Source of the DNA: Porphyridium purpureum
Taxonomy: Eukaryota
Assembly: GCA_008690995.1 (NCBI GenBank)
Contig: VRMN01000026.1
Coordinates: 45,942-65,941, forward strand
Length of the DNA stretch: 20,000 nucleotides
Direction: 5' to 3'
In this document: positions 1-9,700 of the stretch, one piece after another
Layout of the letters: each line of letters starts with the position of its first letter
How positions within the stretch are numbered: the stretch's first letter is position 1
The notes under the pieces: model-generated
What the model saw: only the letters and a program-made list of their open reading frames with translations
Database searches by the model: none
What the model was told of the DNA's origin: nothing
Position numbers and translations under genes: made by a program

Positions 1-359
1 CTCTCAAACGTGAGCAGCGCCGACGGCTCTCCGTCCTCGTGCGTGTACCAAGCACGGTCCGCGTCGACGTCATCTCGCGCATTTTCGTCCTCCGCTTCCG
101 AAAGCGGTGCAAATCGCGATTGCTTTGTCCGTCTCTTTCTGTCAGTACCGCTGACGCCGCCGTCTACCTGTGTCATGCTACCAGTTGAGGCGCCAGCCGC
201 AGGCGGATGTCTCAATACCGCCTGTTCATGAATTTGCACGTCCGCCTCGGCATCATCCTGCTCGTCATCATGCAGTCCCAGCAACGACGAGGATGGCGTC
301 CGCGCCTTGTGCGACGCACCCAGCCTGCGCTTGCGCTTTGCAAAGCCGTGCGTGTCCAT
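1..359 (-). CDS. PRP16: 5' part (119 codons) of a probable pre-mRNA splicing DEAH-box RNA helicase Prp16/DHX38; runs off the left edge
   Basis: Hand-translated from ATG at 359 (preceded by in-frame TGA) and open to position 1: MDTHGFAKRKRRLG...EDENARDDVDADRAWYTHEDGEPSALLTFE. 'DADRAWY..EDG' matches the Prp16/DHX38 N-terminal motif as I recall it (ADRDWYxxDEG). KRKRR is NLS-like. The helicase core is not in the window. Confidence 0.6.
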   Translation of the reverse strand, partial: MDTHGFAKRKRRLGASHKARTPSSSLLGLHDDEQDDAEADVQIHEQAVLRHPPAAGASTGSMTQVDGGVSGTDRKRRTKQSRFAPLSEAEDENARDDVDADRAWYTHEDGEPSALLTFE

Positions 360-441
360 TCATCCGCTCACCTCGACATTCTTGTACTCCCGTCACGTGT
401 CGAAGCCAAACTTTTTATTTCTGCGCGCGCTCGAGAGCGCG

Positions 442-1605
442 TTATTTGTTCCGCATGGGGACGTCCACGGTACCAAAGACATCAACGTTGTGAGCGAGGT
501 AGCTGAGTTCGGCAGCATCGACATGAGCGCGTCGCCGCTGAATGTAGCGCATGACAGTATCCTGGTCAATTTTGCTCGAACACATCTCGGAACCGCTGAG
601 TGTGTCTTCAATAAAGGACAAAATACAGTGCAAGAAGTACGCCTCGTTCTCCTCGTAACGCGGACCCGCGGTCTGAAAACCCGTGCTTGGCATCACCACC
701 CATGCTGAACTGCCTGCGCAAAGAATGTTGCCGCCGGCGCGCGGGATATATTCGAGCAGTTTGCGTCCTGCCCGGCTTTGTGAAACGGTAGCCCCAGATT
801 CGTTCACCATGTCCATGTGCGCATGGAATTCCTGCTCGATCTCCTCGTCTTCATGCAAGCTCGGACTGAAATGTGTCGTCCCATCAAAGTTGATGGGAAA
901 GTAGAACATTCCTCTCGCTTTCAAGCATGAGAATAGGATCGGCAGGGATGCACGGATATCCACAAGGTCGAGAAACGCCGCCGCGATCAGCAGATCGAAA
1001 GGCGCATTTTCTTGCTCCTCATGTTCACTTGACTTGCTCCTCGTGCAATACTGCAAAGCGTCAGCGCACACAAACTCAATGCAAGCGGGTCCTATGGTGC
1101 TGGACTCTCCGACGCAAATCTGCATGTCCATTGCCGCGTTGCGTTTCTCGAACGATGCTTTCGCATGCACCGAATGATCGCCGGCCACGGAGACTGACAC
1201 TGATTCACGATCTTGAGAATCCGCGCGACGTGATACGTGCGTTTTGCCCGGCGATCGAGCCAGCGCCTTGTCTCCTAGAAGTCTGAGCAGACCTCGTCGC
1301 GCAGCTTCCAGGTTTTCCAGTTTGTTGTCGACCAGCACGTAGCGCAGCTTGCGCCTGCCTCGCCTCGCGCAGGTGAGGAACCTCACGCACATATCGCCGA
1401 CGCCACATCCGACCTCGAGGACCCGGAATTCATCATCACGGGCGGCGGGCGGCGTTACAGCAACCTTGTCGAGGAGCGCATCCCACACGCGCGCATTCAG
1501 CGCGCGCGCGTCCACGCTCCGTTTCGAGTGAAGGTATGCGACATAGTTGAACCCAACCTGTGCAAACGAAAAGTGCTGCGAAGGATCACACGCTGCAGAC
1601 TCCAT
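442..1605 (-). CDS. Class I SAM-dependent methyltransferase, prokaryote-like family (about 387 aa)
   Basis: Motif I VLEVGCGVG, acidic strand-2 end YVLVD, CADA, and FDLLIAAAFLDL. Family blocks YLHSKRSVDARALN, YFPINFDG, AGSSAWVV, EAYFL and LSYLAHNVD. ATG 1605 (MESAAC) is preferred over 1878 because the longer frame overlaps the NUDIX gene and lacks motifs. Confidence 0.85.
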   Translation of the reverse strand: MESAACDPSQHFSFAQVGFNYVAYLHSKRSVDARALNARVWDALLDKVAVTPPAARDDEFRVLEVGCGVGDMCVRFLTCARRGRRKLRYVLVDNKLENLEAARRGLLRLLGDKALARSPGKTHVSRRADSQDRESVSVSVAGDHSVHAKASFEKRNAAMDMQICVGESSTIGPACIEFVCADALQYCTRSKSSEHEEQENAPFDLLIAAAFLDLVDIRASLPILFSCLKARGMFYFPINFDGTTHFSPSLHEDEEIEQEFHAHMDMVNESGATVSQSRAGRKLLEYIPRAGGNILCAGSSAWVVMPSTGFQTAGPRYEENEAYFLHCILSFIEDTLSGSEMCSSKIDQDTVMRYIQRRRAHVDAAELSYLAHNVDVFGTVDVPMRNK

Positions 1606-1753
1606 GAGTACAACTTTGTTTATATGTTGAAGGCAACCCGCTTGAAAAGTCGCGTGGTGTAGTTCAAGGTAAGATGAGGTGTCCTCTTTCCGCCTGTGTC
1701 CGAGACCTGCGACTTGAAAAATGCAGCTCACAGTAGGACAAAGTGCAGTTCGC

Positions 1754-2584
1754 TCACCTACTCTGGGTAGAGAACCACCAGTCCATGAGTACTGCTCGGC
1801 ACTGCAGGCACTCGAGCTCTGATTGTAGCAGAGTTCGGATATCATTACCATCGTCATCCACACGGTAAGCCCGGTCATGCAGATATTCGGGTTTCAGCAT
1901 GACAGAGTTTTTGATCACCGCGACACCGCCGATGAGTCTCTGGTTCGAAAGCGAGCTGTTGATGAGCCACCCAGAACCATGTCCTCGGTCATCACAATCG
2001 TTGTCGTCGTTCAGAAATTGCAGGCTGTCGACATCGCTCCTCGCAATACCAAGCTCACGCAAAAGCACGTCGTACGCTGTGTCGATCAGGCTTCGTTGGT
2101 CCACACGCCCGCCCGGGAAATCGAGCGTGGCTCGACCAATGCCAGGCCGGAACTGCATCTTCGGAAACACGAGGCGGTTGCGGTGAACCGTCAGTATCAC
2201 AAGAGAGTCTGCGCGCTCGATGCGCCAGTAGTCCAACAAGGCGCTTTCGTGATTGCGCAGTCTCTCAAGGATGATCGTCATCCACGGCGATTGGATCGTG
2301 GCGAGCGTCGCGACCAGTTCCCAAGGAGACACCTTGCTTTCCTCCCTCTGTCGCGAGTCCGCCCTCGAGACGTTGGATGGGTCCACAGTGAGTACACATC
2401 GCTGCCTTCCTCTCGCGTATCGAGTCTGCGGGTGTCTCAAACTCACGCGCTTCTCGCTTCTTAAACCATCCTCACCCCAGCCACTCCGCGCTCGTGACGT
2501 GGCCGCTCTTGCCAGGCAAGAATGGCCCACGGCAAACGCTGCGCGGCGGACTTCTAGGCCCCGATCGTGCCGCTCTCTCTTCAT
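1754..2584 (-). CDS. NUDIX-fold hydrolase family protein, cyanobacterial type, probable organellar (plastid) leader
   Basis: LDYWRIERADSLVIL, QFRPGIGRATLDFPGG and a degenerate Nudix box ending RELGI resemble ADP-ribose pyrophosphatase-like proteins. The Arg/Ala/Ser-rich N-terminal extension of about 85 aa contains AAFAV. Confidence 0.8.
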   Translation of the reverse strand: MKRERHDRGLEVRRAAFAVGHSCLARAATSRARSGWGEDGLRSEKRVSLRHPQTRYARGRQRCVLTVDPSNVSRADSRQREESKVSPWELVATLATIQSPWMTIILERLRNHESALLDYWRIERADSLVILTVHRNRLVFPKMQFRPGIGRATLDFPGGRVDQRSLIDTAYDVLLRELGIARSDVDSLQFLNDDNDCDDRGHGSGWLINSSLSNQRLIGGVAVIKNSVMLKPEYLHDRAYRVDDDGNDIRTLLQSELECLQCRAVLMDWWFSTQSR

Positions 2585-2701
2585 TCATCTGCTGTTTCCA
2601 TGGGACGGAACTGTCTCGGACACCCACATTGACGAGCGCCTTGTGTGCACTGCGAGACACGGAAGGTTGAAGCGAGCCGGCGTCCGGGCAAGAGCGCAAA
2701 C

Positions 2702-4561
2702 ATGTCGAAACTTGCGCAGGCACTTGAGGAAGGCCAAGAGGATGTGGGCCGAGAAGGGATGTCCGAGAGCGGCCACGCGGGCATGGAAACGTGGGACGAC
2801 GCGGCAATCCAGAAGCAGGCTCGCGAGGAGGAGGAGAAGCGTGCGTATCTCGATCAGGTGATTCAGCGCCCTGATTGGGATTCCGAGCAAGATGTAGCAA
2901 AGGTCAGGGGCGCGCTCGTGGCACTGCTCGATGAGCTGCGTGAATCCAACTCGTTCAGGCAGCAGGCTACGCAAGGCGAAGCCGCACGCCTGGGACAGGA
3001 AGACGCGGCAAGCAAAAATGGCGCGGTACACGCGCACGAGGTGACTGGAGCAGGAATCACAGAATCCCATGACGATGGGTCGAATAAGGCGGACGATTCT
3101 GACGATGAAGATGATGACAGCGATGATGACATGGACGATGAGGATGCAGATATTGAGGAGCGGGCCAGGTACATTCCTTTGCGGCTCACCCATTCCGAGC
3201 GAAAGCTTTTGAGACTAGTCTCAGCGGCGCTGAACGTGTGCGAATACACGGACAATGTGGATGTGCTGATAACCAAGACTCAGCGTCGGCATCGAATGCA
3301 CGCGCAGTTGCGTGAGATCTGCGCTGTTTTGAGTGGGCTACTTGTGGCGAGCGATTTTGAGGCCGGACAGAAAGTTGTCGAAGCACGCGAGTTTTCAGAT
3401 ATGCAAGATTTCTATCAGAATGCGTTCGAGGTGGCACGCCGCCATAAGGTGTCCAACCCGGAGCGTTTGCGCTCGGATTACGGGAAACTGATGTATCTAC
3501 TACAGGACGCAGTAAGTGCAGAGGTAAACGCGATGCTCGAGTTCAACCCTGTCACCCCATTGCGCACAGTTTATTCCGTGCTCCATGAAGCTGGCCTCGG
3601 GCAGATGCTCCGAGATCCGCGGATGCGTGTCGCGACGATGGAAATTTCGCCCATGGGCAAGACGCGTCCGCAAATCCAGGCTGAAATTAGGAACAAGGAG
3701 CGTGCCATCAAGTCCCTCGTTCGGTCGTTTGCCAGCTCAGCGACCGAGTCTGTGGCCAGCACAGTGGAGCAGTGTATTTACTCCATTGGGGACAACAGTT
3801 CGTTTCTGCTCGCGTCGCGACAACCTTGCGACGAGATGATTCATCTTCTCGAGCACTTGTTTCATCCAGAAAAAATGGCGTCCGCAGATCCTGCCATGAT
3901 GCTTAGTATTGTACGCGGACGCGACGGCGCACGCCTGACGCATGACCACCGGCGACAGTACAATTATGTGCTGCAGTCATTGCGGTTGTGGCGAGAGATT
4001 TCACACCGCATGTTCAAATTGTGGTACCTTGCTGAGCAGGACTTGCTTGATCCCGATGTTCCTTATAGCTTGCGCAACACGGGGCAGGGCTTGCACAGGG
4101 TGCAAGGTGCGCATCGCGTGTACAGAGAAATGAACTCAATCGTCACCAAAGTGCAGCGCGCCATGGGGGATGCATGGGTGGGCAGCAGTGTGATTCACCT
4201 GGGTGACCATAATGTGCCGAATGCGCTTACCTTCATCGATAAGTACGCCCAGGTCCCGCGCATTTTGAACCCGGTCTTGAATGTGATCCGAACTCTGCCA
4301 GAGTTGTGCAAGCGTGACCACCAGGTCAAAGAGTACATCGAACGTTCGTTTTCTGGTGTCAGGCAGGTTCAGACCGCAATTCTGCGAGATTTTTTCCGCC
4401 ACGCGTTTGACGGCTCTGGCGCCGATAATTTTATGGACGCTGGAAGCTGCATAGATGGCCGGCTCACGAGTGCCTGGAATTGGTGCAGCAGCATCGAGAA
4501 GAAGTCGTATTTTCCGGTCTTTTTATTGACGGGCTTCTCCGGTTTTGATGGACAGTTTTAG
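2702..4561 (+). CDS. UPF0652 / DUF2009 family protein (about 619 aa)
   Basis: Conserved blocks ERARYIPLRLT, YGKLMYLLQD, GARLTHDHRRQY, WVGSSVIHLGDHNVPNALTFIDKY, HAFDGSGADNF, AGSCIDGRLTSAWNWC and the C-terminal FLLTGFSGFDG. Acidic low-complexity N-terminus. First in-frame ATG is at 2702. Confidence 0.9.
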   Translation: MSKLAQALEEGQEDVGREGMSESGHAGMETWDDAAIQKQAREEEEKRAYLDQVIQRPDWDSEQDVAKVRGALVALLDELRESNSFRQQATQGEAARLGQEDAASKNGAVHAHEVTGAGITESHDDGSNKADDSDDEDDDSDDDMDDEDADIEERARYIPLRLTHSERKLLRLVSAALNVCEYTDNVDVLITKTQRRHRMHAQLREICAVLSGLLVASDFEAGQKVVEAREFSDMQDFYQNAFEVARRHKVSNPERLRSDYGKLMYLLQDAVSAEVNAMLEFNPVTPLRTVYSVLHEAGLGQMLRDPRMRVATMEISPMGKTRPQIQAEIRNKERAIKSLVRSFASSATESVASTVEQCIYSIGDNSSFLLASRQPCDEMIHLLEHLFHPEKMASADPAMMLSIVRGRDGARLTHDHRRQYNYVLQSLRLWREISHRMFKLWYLAEQDLLDPDVPYSLRNTGQGLHRVQGAHRVYREMNSIVTKVQRAMGDAWVGSSVIHLGDHNVPNALTFIDKYAQVPRILNPVLNVIRTLPELCKRDHQVKEYIERSFSGVRQVQTAILRDFFRHAFDGSGADNFMDAGSCIDGRLTSAWNWCSSIEKKSYFPVFLLTGFSGFDGQF

Positions 4562-4884
4562 GATACGCGTGGCTCGGGTCTGGAGGAGTAACCTGATTTT
4601 ATATGCTCCTGAGGGGCAAACCGGTGTGATTTCCTTCCAAACTGTGTCAGCGAGTGCCTGCAATGTCTTCAGAATCCCTGATTCGCGCACAACCAAAGAC
4701 AGCAAATCATCGAGAACAATGGTCAGCCGCGCCAAAAGTAAAAGAGAAAACATTTTTGAGGATCACGCCGAGGAAAGTTGCGTGCTGGACTTTGAAGTGC
4801 CGGGCTTCTCCCTACTGGCTCGCCAATCACTTGACTTATCGTCACGACAGATTATGCCTTATGCGAAAGAGTCAACTGTCCCAT

Positions 4885-6612
4885 TTAATTCGCACTCACG
4901 TCAACAGCAGCGTGAGGCTCTGAGTCTGAATCAGAAGCGGGGCCAGGGGCATTAGCGGCTAGACTTCCGGCAGAAGATGAAGCTGACGACGTGGATGTCT
5001 CAACCGCTCCCGGCTGTCCCGATGCCAATTTGGCCTTTTCTTCCGGCGGAAAGATTTGCTGGGCCATGACACGGAGTGCTGAGACGCCGCGGATCTCACG
5101 ATCAAAAAATTGAATGGGTGAAACTGCTAAGCTTTGGAACTCTCGCGTAACGTACGCCATGTTAGCCTGCTGCTCCTTACGGCGAGTGGAGCAAAATTCG
5201 CAGTCTGTATTCTCTGGCTGCACTTGGTTCAGAAATACGTGTTCAACAGGAATCTGTTGAGCTCGAAGCTCTTCGATCAAACGCGCGCTCTCAGCGATAG
5301 CCATCATATTCGGAATTGTGGCCACTATGAACTCTGTTTGGGCCTCGTCGCGAAAGATTTCGCGCACACGACGCATAGAACGTTTCTGTTCCTCCAAATC
5401 TTGGCTATCCATGATGTCGTCAAGGCCTCCATCATCCCCGCCAAACACACTCTGAAACTGTTTCAACATGCCACCCATAGACGAGCGCATCCCCGAAAGC
5501 TTGCCCAGGAAGGAGTCCATGAAGTCAGGCAATGACAGCAGGCGCAAAGTGTGTCCCGTGGGGGCCGTATCAAAAACGATGCGGTCGTACTGTGCGTCCT
5601 GTGGATCATTTTCCACAAACTTGACAATTTCCATGACGGCCATGGCCTCATCAAAGCCTGGCGGAAGTGTATCCAAAAGATCCTCCATCCCTGGCATCCC
5701 CATTCCACCCATTCCACCCAGACCGCCCGAATCCTTCAGGAAACTCATATCCGTCTTCACATCGTCCGGGTTGATTTCTTGGATAAAGAGGTTCGGCATG
5801 TCCGGCACGCCTACAACCTTCCCGTTTGAAAAATTCGCCGGCAGCCCAAAGATATCGCATACAGAGTGAGCTGGATCTGTGGACACCAAGAGGACTTTCT
5901 CACCCTGGTCAGCAAAACGCACCGCGACAGCCGACGACATGCTTGTCTTCCCCACGCCGCCCTTGCCCCCCATGAGAATGAACTTCTTCTTGCTCTTCAG
6001 GATGTCGTTCGCGTTTTCACACGTTTTGTGCACTTTCGGTCTGGCCTTTCGCTGCGCGGGCGCTGACGGCGGTGCAGCGTCTGCCCTGTTTTCTCTTACG
6101 TCTGAACCCACAACGCCGTTCCCACCGGCTCGGTACGCAGTCGATCCGGTACGCTGTCGCGCAGTCAGCAGACTCCACAATTTCGTCAGCACCAGCGCAA
6201 CCGCAAACCCGAACCCGACCTTGACGACAGTGGACTGCCCATTGATACGCCTCCACCACGAGCGGTCCTCGCCGGTAGGAGACACTGACACGTATGTCTT
6301 TGTCGTGCTGCTACTACCTTGTGCGCTGTCGTCAGCATTGGTGGAAGATGGAGCGGGTGTTTGAGACGTCCCCGCCTGCATGCCTTCTGTCTGCACGGCG
6401 CCATCGGTCTCTGGCCCACCACTGGCCGGCTTTGACGGCACTGGTGCGGCATGAACCTGGTTACGCGGCACGCGGATCAGCACGCGGCGCCTTGCATTCG
6501 GCTCTGGCGCGGCGGCCATGCGAAGCTCGCACGCACGCAGGACACCAACCGAGCCGCGCGGCCCGCCGCGCAGGGCGGCCGACGAAACCGCAATGAAGCT
6601 TGCGCTTGTCAT
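4885..6612 (-). CDS. ArsA/GET3 (ASNA1-family) ATPase, probably plastid-targeted, with a predicted N-terminal transmembrane helix
   Basis: P-loop GGKGGVGKTS, switch I STDPAH, PGFDEA, switch II DTAPTGHTLRLL, and CxxC (CEFC). MTSASFIAVSSAALR at ATG 6612 looks like a transit peptide. An alternative ATG lies at 6714. Confidence 0.92.
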   Translation of the reverse strand: MTSASFIAVSSAALRGGPRGSVGVLRACELRMAAAPEPNARRRVLIRVPRNQVHAAPVPSKPASGGPETDGAVQTEGMQAGTSQTPAPSSTNADDSAQGSSSTTKTYVSVSPTGEDRSWWRRINGQSTVVKVGFGFAVALVLTKLWSLLTARQRTGSTAYRAGGNGVVGSDVRENRADAAPPSAPAQRKARPKVHKTCENANDILKSKKKFILMGGKGGVGKTSMSSAVAVRFADQGEKVLLVSTDPAHSVCDIFGLPANFSNGKVVGVPDMPNLFIQEINPDDVKTDMSFLKDSGGLGGMGGMGMPGMEDLLDTLPPGFDEAMAVMEIVKFVENDPQDAQYDRIVFDTAPTGHTLRLLSLPDFMDSFLGKLSGMRSSMGGMLKQFQSVFGGDDGGLDDIMDSQDLEEQKRSMRRVREIFRDEAQTEFIVATIPNMMAIAESARLIEELRAQQIPVEHVFLNQVQPENTDCEFCSTRRKEQQANMAYVTREFQSLAVSPIQFFDREIRGVSALRVMAQQIFPPEEKAKLASGQPGAVETSTSSASSSAGSLAANAPGPASDSDSEPHAAVDVSAN

Positions 6613-6759
6613 TCCGGCGCTGCTGAGATAGGACGCACGTGCGCGAAGCGAATGTGGCTCCACCGCAGCGTCCGCGGGATCAAAGTTGAGCGCACGCAGC
6701 CGCGGGCGACACACATGAGGAGAGGTACAGTGAGTGTTCAGTGTTAAGAAGGGGGAGCT

Positions 6760-9700
6760 TTAGTGGTCTGGCGTCGGAGTGTGCATGGTCTTCACGTGCT
6801 TGCGCAGGTTCGATCGCGTGCTGAAGGGCATCTGGCACACGTCACACTGATGGTTGCGCGCGCGCAAGTGCACAATCTTCTCATGCGTCTGCGCGTGCTG
6901 CTTCAGTGAAAATACCTGGTCGCAGCCCTCGTAATGGCATCGGAAGCGCTTCACGGCGTGGTGCACTACGTCGATGTGCCGACGCAGGTTGGAGCGGCGG
7001 TTCGACGTCACCTCGCAGTACTTGCACGAAAACACGGACGAACCGTCCGGCAATCGTTTGGTCACCACCTCTTCCTTTGGAGCGGTCTGCGCCGATCCTG
7101 ACAGGTCTCCCACGTCCAAATGCGGTTGCGCAAAAGATCCTACTTTAGATTGTTGCAGCAGTGGCAGATGCAATGACGTTTGCGGCTGTGGCGACGAACG
7201 CCGATGCAGCAACTCTGTTTGCGGGTGCGGTCCCTGATGATGTTCATGCTGCCGGTGCCACTGATACTGCTGTTGCCAGTAGTCATTCTGGTGAAGTTGT
7301 TGCTGCTGCTGCTCTCGCTGGTGCGCAGAAAACTCAGCGGACGAAGTTCCAGTCCCCGCATCCTGATTGAAACGCTGCCCTAGCTGAGGAGCACCCACTT
7401 TCAGAGTCAAACCTGCGTGCGAAACCAATGGGACATGATGACGATAACCAGACTGCGCCTGCGGTTGCATCTGTCGCTGCGTCTGTGGTTGCGTCTGTGG
7501 TTGCGCCTGTGGCTGCATCTCTGAATGGATTGGGGAATGAGAGCGCGATCGTAAGGCTTCCCAGGCACCTTCACCTGAGGACGCGGCCATTTGATCCGAG
7601 CCCACCATCAAACCCGGCTGACCACCCGACTGGTAAAGAGGCCGGACACCGCGCTCTGATGTGCCGCTCGCGTGCAGACCATGGCTTACATTAGCATTCC
7701 AAGAAGATGGCGCGCCATACTCGGAGGGCTGCTGCTGGTGCGGGGGTACTTGGGAGGAATGGCCGGAATGAGGTTGACTCAGAGGATGCACCCAATGCAC
7801 GGGATGAGGCTGGAGCACCGGATCTACCATCGAAGGATTAAAGCTTTGGTGCGAATCAAGCAGCGCTTGATTGGGCCAAGTGCACTGGCGGCCAGATTCA
7901 TGGGATAGACTGCTCCCGTGCCTCGGCGCATCAGAGCTTCCCAATCTTGCCAGACTCTCGAAAGGTGCCCCGATGTATCGTGCAGCTGGGTCCACAAATT
8001 CACCCGGCGACTGCATAGATTCACCTCGCACCGGAGGACGGGAGCTCCCCCACGTATCAACAAAACCCTGCTTATAAACGCCCGCGTTCTCGCCAGCCCA
8101 CGAAGCGGGCATCGGCTGATCGCCAGGACCCATCCACTGAGTTTGACCAAAATAGCCGGGCGTTGCGTCTCTACATCCCTGCAGCCGTAGCGTATCTGAC
8201 GTGCGTTCGGGAAATGACGAAAACGCAGGCGTGGGCCCTTGTGCGTACGGAGCACCTGATCGAGCGTGAATCGGGCTGACTCCTAAACCGCGCAGCAGGC
8301 TGCTCTGGGACCGAGCACGACCTCGTTCGCCATTCTGCGTCGAGGATGAAAACGAGAGGCGGTCGCTCGCTCCCAGACCCTGGAACAGCTCGGGTGACTG
8401 CCAGCGGGCTGGGCCTTCCATGGGCGGTTGACTTGTCTCACGGTGTTCGTCTCTCACTGGAACAACAGGAATTGGTTCCAGACCCATGTCATCACCCTCC
8501 CCTCTGCCCGGATGAGGCAACAAAGAAGGCAGTCCAGCACCCCGGAAGAATCCTGTTGCAACAGGATAGACTTGACTTGCTGAAACAATCTGCTCGCCGC
8601 TATCAGACACTTTCATCCTCTTTGATGACCTCGCTACTATCTGGTCTTCCTCAGTTGCTGGAAAATTCCGGGTGGGAAAATCAGACACCGAACTTTGACC
8701 ATTTTCGTGCACAGTGACATCAGAACTTTTCCGAAAAAGCTGCACATCACAGTCATCTACGGCTGACAGAGAGCTGAAATGACTCAGATGTTCCATGGCG
8801 CATGTTCTTTCTGCCTGTTCTGTCGATTCAGTCGCCGGCAAAATAGTCGGCTCGCCCTGTGAAGGTGACTTTACAAGGGCACGCTCGACACATACATCCA
8901 TGTCTGCGTCACCGGCAAAAATCCTTGCCACCGTGCTTTTTCGTTTCTTGGCCTGTTGCAATCCATCCAATGGCTGCCCTACATCCGTAGACCGTCCGGA
9001 TTCTAGACAGTTGTTGCCATTCGTCGAATTCGGCGTACCCAGAACCCGAGTGTACTTGGTTTCGAATGCCGTGATGAAATACATGAAGCGACACTTTGAG
9101 CTGAAGGCTCGATCCTCCATTGTGCCTAGCTTGGCAGACAGCTTCGGCTCACACGGTACGGCCCAAGCAAGGCGCTGCGCAAAGGCGGCCTCGTACCAGT
9201 CGCTACCAATGACCGAATAGGAATTCTCCCTGAGAACGCAGCCCGTCTCGGAAATGAGCGACGACAGCGCCACTCTGCGGCCGCTTAGCGCCCTCGTGTA
9301 CCTTTCGCGAAATTGAAGCCAATCAAACGTGGTGCCGACGGCGCCGAACTCGAGAGGTTCCCGATTCGACGCGGATCTATTTAAGGGGAGTGTGGAGGAC
9401 GAGCCAGTGTCCACAGTTGCATTTGCGTCATTGCCTACGCTGCCCATGTTGATAGACACCAAACCTTTGAATGCGCGTTGGCGCAACGCTGGGGGGCACG
9501 AGCACACCTCGGCTTCCACATAGTGGCAAAACGGGCATACGCGCGGCATAAAGTCTCGCGCACGCGCTACCACCTGCCACGATTTGACTGCCTCTACGCC
9601 GGCGTGGCGCCCCTCACGCCCTTCAGTGCAGGCGATCAGGGATGACCCGGAGCCACCGTCGCGAGCCTGCAGCATCAAACTTTCAGTGTGGACGGCGTCG

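Noticed and set aside
1606..1878. 91-codon N-terminal extension of the methyltransferase ORF overlapping the NUDIX 3' end
   Set aside because: No recognisable motifs, and it overlaps a better-supported gene in another frame; chance open frames are common at this GC content.
2585..3276. Antisense ORFs of 202 and 137 aa, one with a hydrophobic TM-like stretch
   Set aside because: They mirror the Asp-rich GAT/GAC codons of the UPF0652 gene.
4885..6612. Calling the ATPase an arsenic-resistance ArsA in an ars cluster
   Set aside because: Single ATPase domain, organellar leader and no arsB/arsC/arsR neighbours; it fits the GET3-type branch better.
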